Assembly (NCBI GenBank): GCA_963741955.1
Contig: CAVUKB010000010.1
Span: 1 to 64,000, forward strand
Direction: 5' to 3'
From: an uncultured Acidobacteriota bacterium
GTDB lineage: Bacteria; Acidobacteriota; Thermoanaerobaculia; Gp7-AA8
Length of the DNA stretch: 64,000 nucleotides
The notes under the pieces were generated by a model. That model was not told where the DNA came from. It saw nothing but the letters and a program-made list of their open reading frames with translations, and ran no database searches. Below, piece by piece: positions 45,342 through 56,243 of this stretch (position 1 is its first letter; the number at the start of each line of letters is the position of its first letter). Position numbers and translations under genes: made by a program.

Positions 45342-47462
45342 ATGAACAATTTCGACGCGAGAACGGATCGGGAGCCCGCGTCTTCAGCCGTGACCCTCTC
45401 CGCATGGACGCGCGGCCAGGATGCAGAAAAACTTCTCACCCGTGAATGGCTGGTGACGAATGGCCTTGGCGGATACGCCTCCGGAACGATCGCGGGCATC
45501 AACACCCGGCGCTATCACGGCTGGCTGATCGCCGCACTCGCCTCACCACTCGGCCGCAGCGTGATGCTCAACGCACTCCAGGAGACCGTCGTGCTCGGTG
45601 ATGGCCGGCGGCTCGAGCTCGGCGGACGCGACGACAGGAACGGAATCGTGACGTGGCCCGATCCCGACTTCCTCGACGAGTTTCGTCTCGAGGACGGCTT
45701 GCCGGTCTGGCGCTTTCGAAACGAGTCGGTGGAGCTCGAGAAACGCGTCGTGATGCCGCATCTGCAGAACACGACGTGTATCGGTTATCGCGTCCTCCGC
45801 AGCGACGCTCCTCTCGTGATCGAGATCCGCCCGGCGATCCACTTTCGCGGACACGAGGATCTGGTCTCGGGTCCCCTTCCCGACCACTGCGAGCTCGTTC
45901 CCGAAGAGGCGAGCTGGGAAGTGCGGACCACCGGAGACTTTCCGCCCCTCCGTCTCCACCTCTACGGCGAGAATCCGGGAGACCTCGAGGTCGTGGACGA
46001 GAGCCCTTCCGTCGCATACCGGGTCGAGCGGCGACGGGGATACGAGTACGAAGGATCTCTCTGGATCCCGGGCCGCTACCGTATCGAGATCGAGCCGGGA
46101 GAAGAGGCGGGGATCATCGCGTCGACCGAAGAGTGGAGCCGCATCCAGACGCTCCGTTGCAGCGACGCGGTTGCGGACGAGGTGCACCGCCGCCGTCGTC
46201 TGCTCGATCTCGCGGACGAGCGGGCACAGGTCCGTTTCGGTCCGCAACTGCTGCTCGCCGCAGACCAGTTCATCACCGTTCCGGAGACCCGGGCGGCGGA
46301 AGTGAGCAGGATCGAGGCGGTGGGCGAGCAGCCGCGGACCATCATCGCCGGCTACCACTGGTTCACGGACTGGGGACGGGACACGATGATCAGCCTCGAA
46401 GGGCTGGCGCTGGTGACCGGAAGAGCGCGCGAAGCGGCGAGCATCCTCCGGACGTTCGCCAGATACGTCGATCACGGACTGATCCCCAACATGTTTCCCG
46501 AGGGTGACCAGCGAGGTCTGTACAACACTGCGGATGCGACCCTCTGGTTCTTTCACGCCATCGATCGCTACGTCGAATACACGGACGATCGCGGGCTGCT
46601 GATCGAGCTTCTCCCTCGTCTCGCGGAGATCCTTCGATGCCATCGCGAGGGGACGCTCTTCGGAATCGGTGTCGATCCGGAGGACGGGCTGCTGCGTCAG
46701 GGAGCGGAGGGACTGCAGTTGACGTGGATGGATGCGAAGGTCGGTGATTGGGTGGTCACACCGAGACGGGGTAAGGCAGTCGAGATCAACGCGCTGTACT
46801 ACAACGCGCTGCGGCTGATGGAGCGCTGGCTCGAAGAGGAGAACTCTCCGGAGGAGTCTCGCCGATTCGGAGAGAGCGCCGCGAGGATGGCGGAGACATT
46901 CAACCGCCGCTTCTGGTATTCGGACGGAGGCTACCTCTACGACGTGCTGGATGGGGAGAATGGAGACGACCCGTCGCTCCGGCCGAATCAGCTGTTCGCG
47001 ATCTCTCTGCCGAATCCGGTGCTCGATCCTTCCCGCTGGGGAGCGGTGCTGGAAGTGACGGCCCGGGAGCTTCTCACTCCGGTCGGGCTTCGCTCGCTGG
47101 CGCGCGGCGAAGCAGGTTATCGGCAGCAGTACGTCGGAGATCTCCGGGCGCGCGACGAGGCGTACCACCAGGGAACGGTGTGGGCGTGGCTGATCGGGCC
47201 GTTCATCGACGCCTGGAGAAGGGAGCATCCGGACGACATCGCGGGGTTGCGTGGTTTTCTGGACGGATTCGAAGCGCATCTGAAGGAAGCCGGTATCGGT
47301 ACGATCAGCGAAGTCTTCGACGCGGAGGCGCCCTACGCGCCGCGCGGCTGCATCGCGCAGGCGTGGAGTGTTGCGGAAGTTCTGCGCGCCCTGGTCGGGA
47401 TCGAGTCAGCCCGGCGCGAGCTCGCGCGAGCGAGGGAGCGATCGCACGCTGCTGGTGCGTGA
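45342..47462 (+). CDS. Amylo-alpha-1,6-glucosidase (glycogen debranching enzyme, GDE_N plus GDE_C)
   Basis: REWLVTNGLGGYASGT, IAGYHWFTDWGRDTMISLEGL, LTWMDAK, YHQGTVW, AQAWSVAE. Confidence 0.93.
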   Translation: MNNFDARTDREPASSAVTLSAWTRGQDAEKLLTREWLVTNGLGGYASGTIAGINTRRYHGWLIAALASPLGRSVMLNALQETVVLGDGRRLELGGRDDRNGIVTWPDPDFLDEFRLEDGLPVWRFRNESVELEKRVVMPHLQNTTCIGYRVLRSDAPLVIEIRPAIHFRGHEDLVSGPLPDHCELVPEEASWEVRTTGDFPPLRLHLYGENPGDLEVVDESPSVAYRVERRRGYEYEGSLWIPGRYRIEIEPGEEAGIIASTEEWSRIQTLRCSDAVADEVHRRRRLLDLADERAQVRFGPQLLLAADQFITVPETRAAEVSRIEAVGEQPRTIIAGYHWFTDWGRDTMISLEGLALVTGRAREAASILRTFARYVDHGLIPNMFPEGDQRGLYNTADATLWFFHAIDRYVEYTDDRGLLIELLPRLAEILRCHREGTLFGIGVDPEDGLLRQGAEGLQLTWMDAKVGDWVVTPRRGKAVEINALYYNALRLMERWLEEENSPEESRRFGESAARMAETFNRRFWYSDGGYLYDVLDGENGDDPSLRPNQLFAISLPNPVLDPSRWGAVLEVTARELLTPVGLRSLARGEAGYRQQYVGDLRARDEAYHQGTVWAWLIGPFIDAWRREHPDDIAGLRGFLDGFEAHLKEAGIGTISEVFDAEAPYAPRGCIAQAWSVAEVLRALVGIESARRELARARERSHAAGA

Positions 47463-47541
47463 GCTTCGAATCGTATCGCCGCGTGGTTCGTGCGTCTCCC
47501 TTGACGGAAAGCGGACAGAGGTCTAACTTCGCACATCCACC

Positions 47542-49491
47542 ATGCGCAGGGCTGCCTTCGTTCTCGTCTCCGCTCTTCTCGTTCTCTCCTGTCACGGTCG
47601 ATCCGACCACGGACGGGTCATGGTCCTCGGAATCGACGGAGCGGATCCGCACACCATCGATCTTCTGGTCTCGGAGGGAAAACTCCCTCACTTCGCGAAG
47701 ATGCGGAAGGAAGGTGCGTACGCTCCTCTGCTGAGCGCGAAGCCTCTGCTCAGCCCCGTGATCTGGACCACGATCGCGACCGGAAAGACGCCCGACCAGC
47801 ATCGGATCGGTCACTTCGTCGCGGTCAATCCCGTGACCGGAGAGCAGATCCCGGTGACCAGCCGGATGCGAAAGGTCAAGGCGCTCTGGAACATCCTTTC
47901 GGAGGCCGGGCGGAAGGTGGACGTCGTCGGCTGGTGGGCCACCTGGCCGCCGGAGACGGTGAACGGCTCGATCGTGAGCGACCATGTCGCGTACCACTTC
48001 CTCTTTCCGGAGGGGTTCGACCGGAACGCGCCGAAGACCGCGAATACGTACCCGCCCGAGCTCGAGCAGGAGATCGCACCTCTGGTCCGCCGTCCGCAGG
48101 ACGTGAGCTACGAAGAGGTCTCGCGGTTTCTGCACATCTCACCCGAGGAGTTCAATCGACCGTTCCGGTTCGAAGATCCGGTCGGCCATTTCAAGTGGGC
48201 GTACGCGACGGCGGAGAGCTATTCGGCGATCGGACTCGATCTGTGGAAGAAGGAGCGGCCGGACGTCCTGATGGTCTACATCGAAGGGGTCGACAGTGTC
48301 TCGCATCTGTTCGGCCATCTCTTCCGGGCGGAGAGTCTTTCCGGCGAGCTCGCCGCGCAGCAGAAGAAGTACGGTGACGCGGTCGAGCAGATGTACGTCG
48401 AGGCGGACCGGATCGTCGGACGCTACATGGACGCGATGGACGACGACACCACTCTGATCGTCATTTCCGATCACGGATTCGAGCTCGGGGCGCTTCAGGA
48501 CGATCCGAGCAAGACGCGCGACATGCGCCGGGTGAGCGAGCGGTTCCATCGCCTGCGCGGGATCTCGTACGCATACGGCGCTCACGTGAATCGGGGAGGA
48601 TCGCTGGGCGAGCCGACCATCCTCGACGTGGCGCCGACGGTTCTCGCACTGGAGAAGGTCCCGGCCGCGGCGGACATGCCGGGACGGGCGATGACCACCG
48701 GAATCGACGTCGCGCCTCTCGTGCGCGTGAAGACGTACGAGAGCGGGAAGGCCGTCCCCGAGGTCCGCACCACCGATTCGAACGTCGACCCCGAAGTGCT
48801 CGAGCACCTCCGCAGTCTCGGCTATCTCGGGGCGACCTCGCCGACCGGAGACGAGAACATCGCCGGTATTCTGTTCGAAGAAGGGAAGTACAAGGAAGCG
48901 GTGGAGGCATACCGCAAGCTGGTCGAGAAGAGTCCGGACGACGGACATCTTCGCGCGAGCTACGCCGGGGCCCTCGGGGCGCTCGGGAGATACGACGACG
49001 CGCTGAAGCAACTGGACGCTGCGATCCGGCTCGAGCCGCTCAACGTGGAGGCGTACCACAACCGCGCGGTGCTCCACGAGAGAAAGGGCGAGCGAGACGC
49101 CGCGATTCGCGATTACCAGACTGCGCTCCGTTACAATCCGCAGTACGAGCCGTCGCAGAAGGCGTTGACACGCCTCGGCGTCTCCACTGATCCGGATGCC
49201 CCGAAGAGTGCCGAGGAGAAGAAGGCGTGGGAGCTCGCGCGGGCCGCGGCGGATGATGCTCGCCGGGGCTCGTACGCCGACGCGATGTCGAAGCTCGACC
49301 AGGCGGAGAAGCTCGCGCCACGGTACGTGCTCGTCTACCAGTACCGCTCCAACGTCGCGTATCTGATGGGCGACCGCGAGGCCGCCGCCGCGGCGCTCCG
49401 CAAAGCGCTGGAGATCGAGCCGGACAACGCGCTGTTCAAGGCGAATCTCGAGGCGCTCACCCGGAAACAGACCGCTGCCCCCGGAAAGTGA
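47542..49491 (+). CDS. Alkaline-phosphatase-superfamily (phosphodiesterase-like) lipoprotein with C-terminal TPRs
   Basis: Lipobox LVLSC; LGIDGAD, SPVIWTTIATGK, ISDHGF, LRSLGYL, TPR repeats. Confidence 0.85.
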   Translation: MRRAAFVLVSALLVLSCHGRSDHGRVMVLGIDGADPHTIDLLVSEGKLPHFAKMRKEGAYAPLLSAKPLLSPVIWTTIATGKTPDQHRIGHFVAVNPVTGEQIPVTSRMRKVKALWNILSEAGRKVDVVGWWATWPPETVNGSIVSDHVAYHFLFPEGFDRNAPKTANTYPPELEQEIAPLVRRPQDVSYEEVSRFLHISPEEFNRPFRFEDPVGHFKWAYATAESYSAIGLDLWKKERPDVLMVYIEGVDSVSHLFGHLFRAESLSGELAAQQKKYGDAVEQMYVEADRIVGRYMDAMDDDTTLIVISDHGFELGALQDDPSKTRDMRRVSERFHRLRGISYAYGAHVNRGGSLGEPTILDVAPTVLALEKVPAAADMPGRAMTTGIDVAPLVRVKTYESGKAVPEVRTTDSNVDPEVLEHLRSLGYLGATSPTGDENIAGILFEEGKYKEAVEAYRKLVEKSPDDGHLRASYAGALGALGRYDDALKQLDAAIRLEPLNVEAYHNRAVLHERKGERDAAIRDYQTALRYNPQYEPSQKALTRLGVSTDPDAPKSAEEKKAWELARAAADDARRGSYADAMSKLDQAEKLAPRYVLVYQYRSNVAYLMGDREAAAAALRKALEIEPDNALFKANLEALTRKQTAAPGK

Positions 49492-49522
49492 GGCCGCGGT
49501 CTTCCGCGATGAAACTGAAGAC

Positions 49523-51532
49523 ATGACACCTCCGGAGCCACTGTCTTCCGTCGGAAAGAGGGTCCGGGACGGCATTTCCGGGCCGGACCGGCTCCTGGCT
49601 GCAGTCCTCGCCATCGCGACGTTCGCGGTCTACGTCTCCGGAGCCTGTCGCACGATCTTCGTGGGCGACAGCGGCGAGCTGGTCACGGCCGCGCACGTGC
49701 TGGGGATTCCTCATCCCTCCGGGTACCCGTTGTACGTCCTTCTCGGCAAGCTGTGGACGCTCGTTTTTCCTTTCGGGTCGATCGCATGGCGGATGAGCAT
49801 CTTCAGCGCGCTCTTCGCCGCGGCTGCAGTGGGAGTTCTCGCGCTCGCGGTGCGGGAGACGGGAGCCGGACGGATCGCAGCGGCATTTGCGGGGTTGCTT
49901 CTCGCATTCTCCGGAAGTTTCTGGGCCGAAGCGAACATCCAGCGCGTCTACTCGCTGAACGCGCTCGCCGTCGCGCTGGCGACACTCCTCGCGTTCCGGT
50001 GGTTCCGCACCCGCCGCACCTCGAGCCTCGTGCTTGCGTCGGTCGTCTGCGGGTTGGGTGCGGCGAACCACACCTTCATGGCCGTCTACGCCATCGCGCT
50101 CGCAATCGCGGTGGTCTGGTGCGAGCCGGCGGTTCTCCGGCAGTGGAAGTTGCTCGGTGCGTCGGCGGCCGCGTTTGTTGCCGGTCTTCTCCCGTATCTG
50201 TACCTCCCGATCCGCGCGAGGATGCATCCGGTCCTGAACTGGGACGATCCGGAGACGCTCCGCGGGACTCTGGACGTGATCCTGCGGCGCGAGTTCTGGG
50301 GTCGATCGTGGATCGAGACGCCGTTCGATTTCGTGCGCATCGGCGCCGATTTCGGAGCGAGCCTCCTGACCGAGCTCGTATGGGTCGGAGTGCCGCTCGC
50401 GATCGTAGGGATGGTGCTCTGGAGGCGGAAGCGGTGGCCGGTGATACTCCCGCTCGCGGTGATCACGCTGAACGTTCTCGTGGTCGGAATGCACGGATCG
50501 CAGCACGACATCTTCGTCTGGCATCGGTACTACATTCCTGCGTACGCGATGGCCGCGATTCTCGCCGCCCTCGGTCTCGACTCGATGACGCGGTTCGTTC
50601 CGCGGCCGCTCGCAGCTGCAGTCCTCATCATTCCGCTCGCGACGGCGCTGGTTGCGTATCCGAGATACGACCGCTCGAGGTTCCGGATCGCCGAAGATTT
50701 TTCCCGGCAGGTCCTGGAGTGCCTTCCTCCCGGCGCGACGCTCTTCGCGAACGACGACAACGTCCTTTTCGTGCTGATCTATCTCCACGACGTCGAACAC
50801 GTGAGGCCCGACGTGAAGCTTCTGATGGAAGGAGTCGGCGGGACACATTACCCGAACTTCACGTTCGATCCAGATGTCGATCCGGTCTTCTTCACGCACG
50901 ATCCCAACTGGAGAGTTCCCGGACTGGAGATCGTACCGGTCGGACCGCTGTTCCGGGCCTGGCGAAGTGGGCGCCCGGCGCCCCCTCGATGCATCGAGTC
51001 CCTGCATCTCGACGGCGAGCTCGATCCGGCGGTTCCGAAAGACTTCCTGACGCAGAATCTGATCGGGCACTTCCACTACATGCTCGGCCGGACGCTGAGC
51101 CTGGATGACTGGAATGCGGGGACGCGCCAGTACCGCGAGGCGGTCGCAGCAGCGCCGCAGAACGATGTCCTCTTCTACAATCTGGGCGTGATTTACTCGG
51201 GCGCGGGGCTATACGACGAAGCGATCGGGTTCTTTCGCCATTCCGCTGCGCTGACTCCGCGCGGAATTCCTTCGCAGGCGAGCACGAGCGGCCATGCGGA
51301 GGGGGGAAGAGCACAGGCTTCGAGCAAAGTGCCGCCACTCCTCGTCGAGCGCGAGCGTATCCGGCAGATCGAGTCTTCCCTGGTCGCGAGCCATTCGGAT
51401 CTCGCCGCTTTGCGGGCGGGGTCAGCTGCGTACCACGCCCGTCTGGCGGAGCTTCTTGCGGCGTTGGGTGAAACGACTGCCGCGCGGGGGGAGACGCTGT
51501 CGGCGCTGAACCAGGATTCCGATACTGAGTGA
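49523..51532 (+). CDS. DUF2723 / TMEM260-like GT-C glycosyltransferase with TPR
   Basis: GDSGELVTAAHVLGIPHPSGYPLYVLLG signature, about 11 TM helices, GAANH, YLYLPIRA, C-terminal TPR. Confidence 0.85.
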   Translation: MTPPEPLSSVGKRVRDGISGPDRLLAAVLAIATFAVYVSGACRTIFVGDSGELVTAAHVLGIPHPSGYPLYVLLGKLWTLVFPFGSIAWRMSIFSALFAAAAVGVLALAVRETGAGRIAAAFAGLLLAFSGSFWAEANIQRVYSLNALAVALATLLAFRWFRTRRTSSLVLASVVCGLGAANHTFMAVYAIALAIAVVWCEPAVLRQWKLLGASAAAFVAGLLPYLYLPIRARMHPVLNWDDPETLRGTLDVILRREFWGRSWIETPFDFVRIGADFGASLLTELVWVGVPLAIVGMVLWRRKRWPVILPLAVITLNVLVVGMHGSQHDIFVWHRYYIPAYAMAAILAALGLDSMTRFVPRPLAAAVLIIPLATALVAYPRYDRSRFRIAEDFSRQVLECLPPGATLFANDDNVLFVLIYLHDVEHVRPDVKLLMEGVGGTHYPNFTFDPDVDPVFFTHDPNWRVPGLEIVPVGPLFRAWRSGRPAPPRCIESLHLDGELDPAVPKDFLTQNLIGHFHYMLGRTLSLDDWNAGTRQYREAVAAAPQNDVLFYNLGVIYSGAGLYDEAIGFFRHSAALTPRGIPSQASTSGHAEGGRAQASSKVPPLLVERERIRQIESSLVASHSDLAALRAGSAAYHARLAELLAALGETTAARGETLSALNQDSDTE

Positions 51533-51640
51533 TCGACGCCGGAAACGGGGGAGATGCGCCTCGACCATGGCGGCTCACTCTCTCCCGCCATTCCCGTTGT
51601 GGTAGCATTTCCGTCTCGGTAAATTTCGAGGAGGTTGTTC

Positions 51641-54600
51641 ATGCGTCCGACGGCGGTGCTGCGTGTCCTGGTTCTTTCTCTCTTCATTCCGCTGGCGGTG
51701 GTCGCACAGACCCCGATCGGTTCAGAAACCCAGATCAACGCCGCGACGGCCGGCGACCAGATGTCACCCGGCGTGGCCGTGGACGGGGCCGGCAATTTCA
51801 CCGTGGTCTGGAACGATCTCCTGGCAGGGACGATCGCGGCCCATCAATTCGATTCGACTCCCGCCTCTCTCGGTGGAGACTTCCAGGTCAGCACGGCGAG
51901 CGCCTACAACAATACTCAGCCGAGCATCAGCATGAAACCGACCGGCGAGTTCGTGGTGGCCTGGGATCGATCGAGCGGGTATTACGCGGGCGAGCCGGTT
52001 GCCCGCGTCTTCTCGGCGAACGGGACTCCGGTGACCGGTGAGATCACGATCGCCAGTACGTACACCAGCTTCACCAGTTCGCAGCCTCGCGCCGCGATGG
52101 ACGGAAGTGGGAACTTCGTCGTCTCGTGGAATGATCCGTATGGTGGAATCAAGGCTGGCCGGTTCGACAGCGGAGGAAACACCCTCGTCACGCCGTTCGT
52201 CGTCTCCTCGTATGCATCGACCTCCTATCCTTCTGCGGTCGCGACCGATTCGACGGGAAATTTCGTCGTGGTGTGGGAAGAGTACACATCCGGATCGAGC
52301 GACGACGTCTGGGCCGCACGCTACGACCCCAACGGAGTGATTCAGCCGGGCTCTCCGTTCATGGTCAATACCTACACGACAGACAGGCAGCTTCTTCCTG
52401 CGGTGTCGATGGATGCGAGCGGGAACTTCGTCGTGGTGTGGGCGAGCAGGCAGTTCTACGGAGCGCAATACGACATCTTCGGACAGAGGTTCGACTCCAC
52501 CGGCGCGCAGGTCGGAGGAGAGTTCCAGGTCAATCAGGATACGAGTTACGACGAAAATCGGCCCGCGGTTGCACTCGATTCGGGTGGCCATTTCGTGGTG
52601 GTTTGGAACAGCAGTCCGTACGCCCTGATCGGGGCGAAATCCGGCGGCCGAGTCGTGAGCGAGACAGGGTCCCCGAGAACCTCTGCCACCGCGAACGGCG
52701 GAAAGCGTCGCGCCCAGATGCTCGATGGGAGCGGCAGCGGAATCGGAGGGATCGTCTTCGACGGCAGCAGTGTGACGCCAACGCCGATCGGCTCCGATTT
52801 CATGGTCAACACGTACACCACCAACGGCCAGGTGAATCCGTCGGTCTCCCTGAACGATCAGGGAAGATTCGTCGTGACCTGGCAGAGCTACGGTCAGGAC
52901 GGGTCGGGGAACGGAACTTTCGGTCAGGCCTTCGCGATCGCGATTCCATGCCCGGCGGCATTCACCAGCATCTTGCCGGCGAACGCCTCGACCGTTCCTT
53001 CGAGCGGAACGCTCTCGTGGGCGACGGACGTCGCCGCGGACACGTACGACGTGCTGCTGCAGGACAGTCTGGGCGGCACGATCACGCCGCCGACTCAGAC
53101 CGGACTGACCACCACCAGCGTGGCGTACTCCGGGCTCGCTCCCGGAACGTACAGTTGGACGGTTACGGCGAACAAGGTGGGATGTAATCCCATCTCGAGC
53201 ACGCAGAGCTTCACCGTGCCGACCTGTCCGACCTCGTTCACCAGCATCTCTCCGGCCGACACCTCGACCGTGCCGTCGAGCGGAACTCTCTCGTGGGCGA
53301 CGGATGCCCCGGCGGACACGTACGACCTGGTTCTGAAGGACAGCCTGAACAACGTCATCACGCCACCGTCGGCGACGGGTCTGACCGCGACCAGCGCCAA
53401 CTACTCCGGGCTCGCGCCCGGAACGTACAGCTGGACTGTGACGGCAAACAAGGCTTCCTGCACGCCCGTTTCCAGCACCCAGAGCTTCACAGTCCCGAGT
53501 TGCGTTACGCTCGGGGGCTTCGCGCCTTCAACCGGCAGCAGCGCTCCGGTGGACGGGACTCTCAATTTCACCGCCACGCCGGCCGCGGATCAGTATCTGA
53601 TCTACTTCGGGCCGGCCGGCTCCGGCTGCTCGATTCTCTACCAGACGATCAGCGGCACGGGCGGAAGCTCGCAATCCGTGAGCGTTCCGTACGCGAACCT
53701 CAACGAAAATCAGAGTTACGAGTGGAAAGTCGTCGCGAAGAAGGGCTCGTGTTCCGACACGATCAGCGCATGCATGACCTTCACCACGCAGGCGAGTTGT
53801 CCGTCTACCGGTCCCGCCCTCTTCCTCCCGGCACCGGGCTCCACCGTGCAGTCGCCGGTCGAGTTCTTCTGGTCGCCGGTCGGTGGCGCCACGAGTTACC
53901 GAGTCTGGGTGTCGGTCGACGGAGGGAGCCCGGTCGTTCTGGCCACCACGAATGATCTGAAGGCGATCGTGGCCGTACCTGCAGGGGATGTCACCTGGTG
54001 GGTCGAGGCACTCCTCGGTACCGGATGTCCTGCAGTCGAGTCGGCGCACACGAGGGTGATCGTTTCGGGAGCTCCACCGCCACCTCCACCGTGCGGCATC
54101 ACCGGACAGATCCCTTCGCCGGCCGTCGTCGGCACGATCACGTCCGGTGAACCCTACGATGCACAGTGGGACAGCCTCGAAGACGCAGCCTCGTACGTCA
54201 TTCAGGAGTCGACCACTCCGAACTTCGATGAGGCGTCGACGTCGACCTTCGAGGTGACTCTCCCCACGAAGAGGTTCATCCATTCAGTAACCGTGAACAC
54301 GCCGTTCTGGTACCGCGTCGCGGCACGCCCGAAGTGCGATCCGACTCAGCTCTCCGCGTACTCGGATATTCTTCGAATCGTGATCGAACCGCCGCCGCCA
54401 CCGAATACTCCTCCCGGCAGCGGAGGGCTCGGGCTGACCACGCAGAACGGCAACACGAACCCGGTGAACACGACTCTCTTCATTCCGGGCACCGGGGGAA
54501 GCGCGAAGAACGCGGACGATGGCGGCTCCACGTTCGGGATCACGACGTCCACCTCGTGGGTGACGGTCAATCCATCGAGCGGCGCTCTTCCTCCCACCGG

Positions 54601-56221
54601 TACGACCGTGACGGTGACGGCGAATCCGACCGGCGTTCAGGTGGGAACCAATACCTCGACGGTCGGCGTCACCACCACTACGTCGACCGGGCAGTCGACC
54701 ACCACCAACGTCCCGGTGTCTCTGACTCTGGTGACCCCCGCAAACGCCACTGCAAAACCAGGCTCGCCGCCCGCGAACGCGCTCCTGATTCCGGCCGTGG
54801 CTCACGTGGAGGGTGGAAACGACACGCAGTGGGTCTCGGACGTGAGAATCACCAACACGTCGATCAATCCGATCCAGTACCTTCTGTCGTACACGCGCTC
54901 GCGTGACGACGGAACGCTGGAAGGAAAACAGACGAAGCTCACCATCAACCCCGGACTGACCATCGCGTTCGACGACGTGGTGAAGACCTGGTACGGCGTC
55001 GGCGCTCTCAATGATGGTGCGAACGGAACTCTGGAGATCCGGCCCCTGAACGCTTCCGGCAAGAATGCGGCGGATGGGCTTTCACTCGCCACCGTAGCCA
55101 CCAGCCGGACTTACAACCGCTCGGCTGCCGGTACGTTCGGACAGTTCATCCCCGGTGTTCCGATCGCGAAACTGATCGGGAAGACCCTCGGCGATGGAGC
55201 GAAGGCGCTCCTGAGCATGCAGCAGATCTCTCAGGGTGGGCCCTTCCGCACCAACTTCGGCATCGTCGAAGGTTCCGGTCAGCCGGCTACGGCGATGTTG
55301 TCGGTCTTCGACAACGGCGGAGCGAAGCTCGGCGATTTCACCATTCCGCTCAAGCCGTTCGAGCACGTGCAGCTCAATTCCTACCTCGCCGAGCAGGGCA
55401 TTTCGGTGGCGGACGGGCGGGCCGAAGTCTCGCTTCTCTCCGATACCGGGAAGGTCATGTCCTACGCCTCGGTGGTCGACGGCCGTACCGGAGATCCGAT
55501 GTTCATCCCCGGGACGAACGTCGCCGCGAACAAGTCTGACCGTTACGTGCTGGCCGGTGTCGCCGACTTCAACACCGAGATCGTTCATTGGCGGTCCGAC
55601 GTCCGGCTGTTCAACGGGGGCACGTCCCCGGTCACCGCCACGATCACGTTCTATCCGCAGGACAGTACCGAGCCGGCCGGATCGGTGCAGGTCACCGTCG
55701 CACCGGGAGAGGTGAAGGCGCTGGACGACGTTCTCGGCAGCGTCTTCGGTGAGACCAACACCGGCGGGATGCTCCAGATCACGACCCCATCCCAGTCGTC
55801 GCTGGTGGTGACCGGACGGACGTACAACAAGGAAGATTCAGGCACCTACGGGCAATTCATCCAGGGAGTGACGCCGGCCGACGCCGTCGGAGCGGGCGAG
55901 CGTGCGCTCCAGATCACGCAGGTGGAACAGTCGGATCGCTTCCGGACCAACCTCGGAATCGCCGAGGTCTCCGGCTCGCCGGTGACGGTCGAGATTCAAG
56001 CGATCGTTCCGAATACGAAGGCCACCCCGAAGATCACGGTGCAGCTCGGCGCCAACGAATTCGAACAACTCAATGCCGTGCTCACTGACCGGTTCAACCT
56101 CAGCGACGTATACAACGCGCGGATCTCGGTGAAGGTCGTCGGAGGTTCCGGGCGGATCCTGGCCTACGGATCTGCGGTCGACAACAAGACTCAGGATCCG
56201 ACCTACATTCCCGCGCAGTAG
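51641..56221 (+). CDS. Large exported Ser/Thr/Pro-rich surface protein (propeller-like repeats, Fn3-like repeats, duplicated C-terminal beta module)
   Basis: GAGGAGG RBS and signal peptide; about 6-7 FxVNxxxxxxQxxPxVxxDxxGxFVVxW repeats; 92-aa tandem duplication; WxSDVR..RTYN..GTxGQFI..FRTN module twice. Confidence 0.9.
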   Translation: MRPTAVLRVLVLSLFIPLAVVAQTPIGSETQINAATAGDQMSPGVAVDGAGNFTVVWNDLLAGTIAAHQFDSTPASLGGDFQVSTASAYNNTQPSISMKPTGEFVVAWDRSSGYYAGEPVARVFSANGTPVTGEITIASTYTSFTSSQPRAAMDGSGNFVVSWNDPYGGIKAGRFDSGGNTLVTPFVVSSYASTSYPSAVATDSTGNFVVVWEEYTSGSSDDVWAARYDPNGVIQPGSPFMVNTYTTDRQLLPAVSMDASGNFVVVWASRQFYGAQYDIFGQRFDSTGAQVGGEFQVNQDTSYDENRPAVALDSGGHFVVVWNSSPYALIGAKSGGRVVSETGSPRTSATANGGKRRAQMLDGSGSGIGGIVFDGSSVTPTPIGSDFMVNTYTTNGQVNPSVSLNDQGRFVVTWQSYGQDGSGNGTFGQAFAIAIPCPAAFTSILPANASTVPSSGTLSWATDVAADTYDVLLQDSLGGTITPPTQTGLTTTSVAYSGLAPGTYSWTVTANKVGCNPISSTQSFTVPTCPTSFTSISPADTSTVPSSGTLSWATDAPADTYDLVLKDSLNNVITPPSATGLTATSANYSGLAPGTYSWTVTANKASCTPVSSTQSFTVPSCVTLGGFAPSTGSSAPVDGTLNFTATPAADQYLIYFGPAGSGCSILYQTISGTGGSSQSVSVPYANLNENQSYEWKVVAKKGSCSDTISACMTFTTQASCPSTGPALFLPAPGSTVQSPVEFFWSPVGGATSYRVWVSVDGGSPVVLATTNDLKAIVAVPAGDVTWWVEALLGTGCPAVESAHTRVIVSGAPPPPPPCGITGQIPSPAVVGTITSGEPYDAQWDSLEDAASYVIQESTTPNFDEASTSTFEVTLPTKRFIHSVTVNTPFWYRVAARPKCDPTQLSAYSDILRIVIEPPPPPNTPPGSGGLGLTTQNGNTNPVNTTLFIPGTGGSAKNADDGGSTFGITTSTSWVTVNPSSGALPPTGTTVTVTANPTGVQVGTNTSTVGVTTTTSTGQSTTTNVPVSLTLVTPANATAKPGSPPANALLIPAVAHVEGGNDTQWVSDVRITNTSINPIQYLLSYTRSRDDGTLEGKQTKLTINPGLTIAFDDVVKTWYGVGALNDGANGTLEIRPLNASGKNAADGLSLATVATSRTYNRSAAGTFGQFIPGVPIAKLIGKTLGDGAKALLSMQQISQGGPFRTNFGIVEGSGQPATAMLSVFDNGGAKLGDFTIPLKPFEHVQLNSYLAEQGISVADGRAEVSLLSDTGKVMSYASVVDGRTGDPMFIPGTNVAANKSDRYVLAGVADFNTEIVHWRSDVRLFNGGTSPVTATITFYPQDSTEPAGSVQVTVAPGEVKALDDVLGSVFGETNTGGMLQITTPSQSSLVVTGRTYNKEDSGTYGQFIQGVTPADAVGAGERALQITQVEQSDRFRTNLGIAEVSGSPVTVEIQAIVPNTKATPKITVQLGANEFEQLNAVLTDRFNLSDVYNARISVKVVGGSGRILAYGSAVDNKTQDPTYIPAQ

Positions 56222-56243
56222 TCTCACTACCCACCGATTTCCC

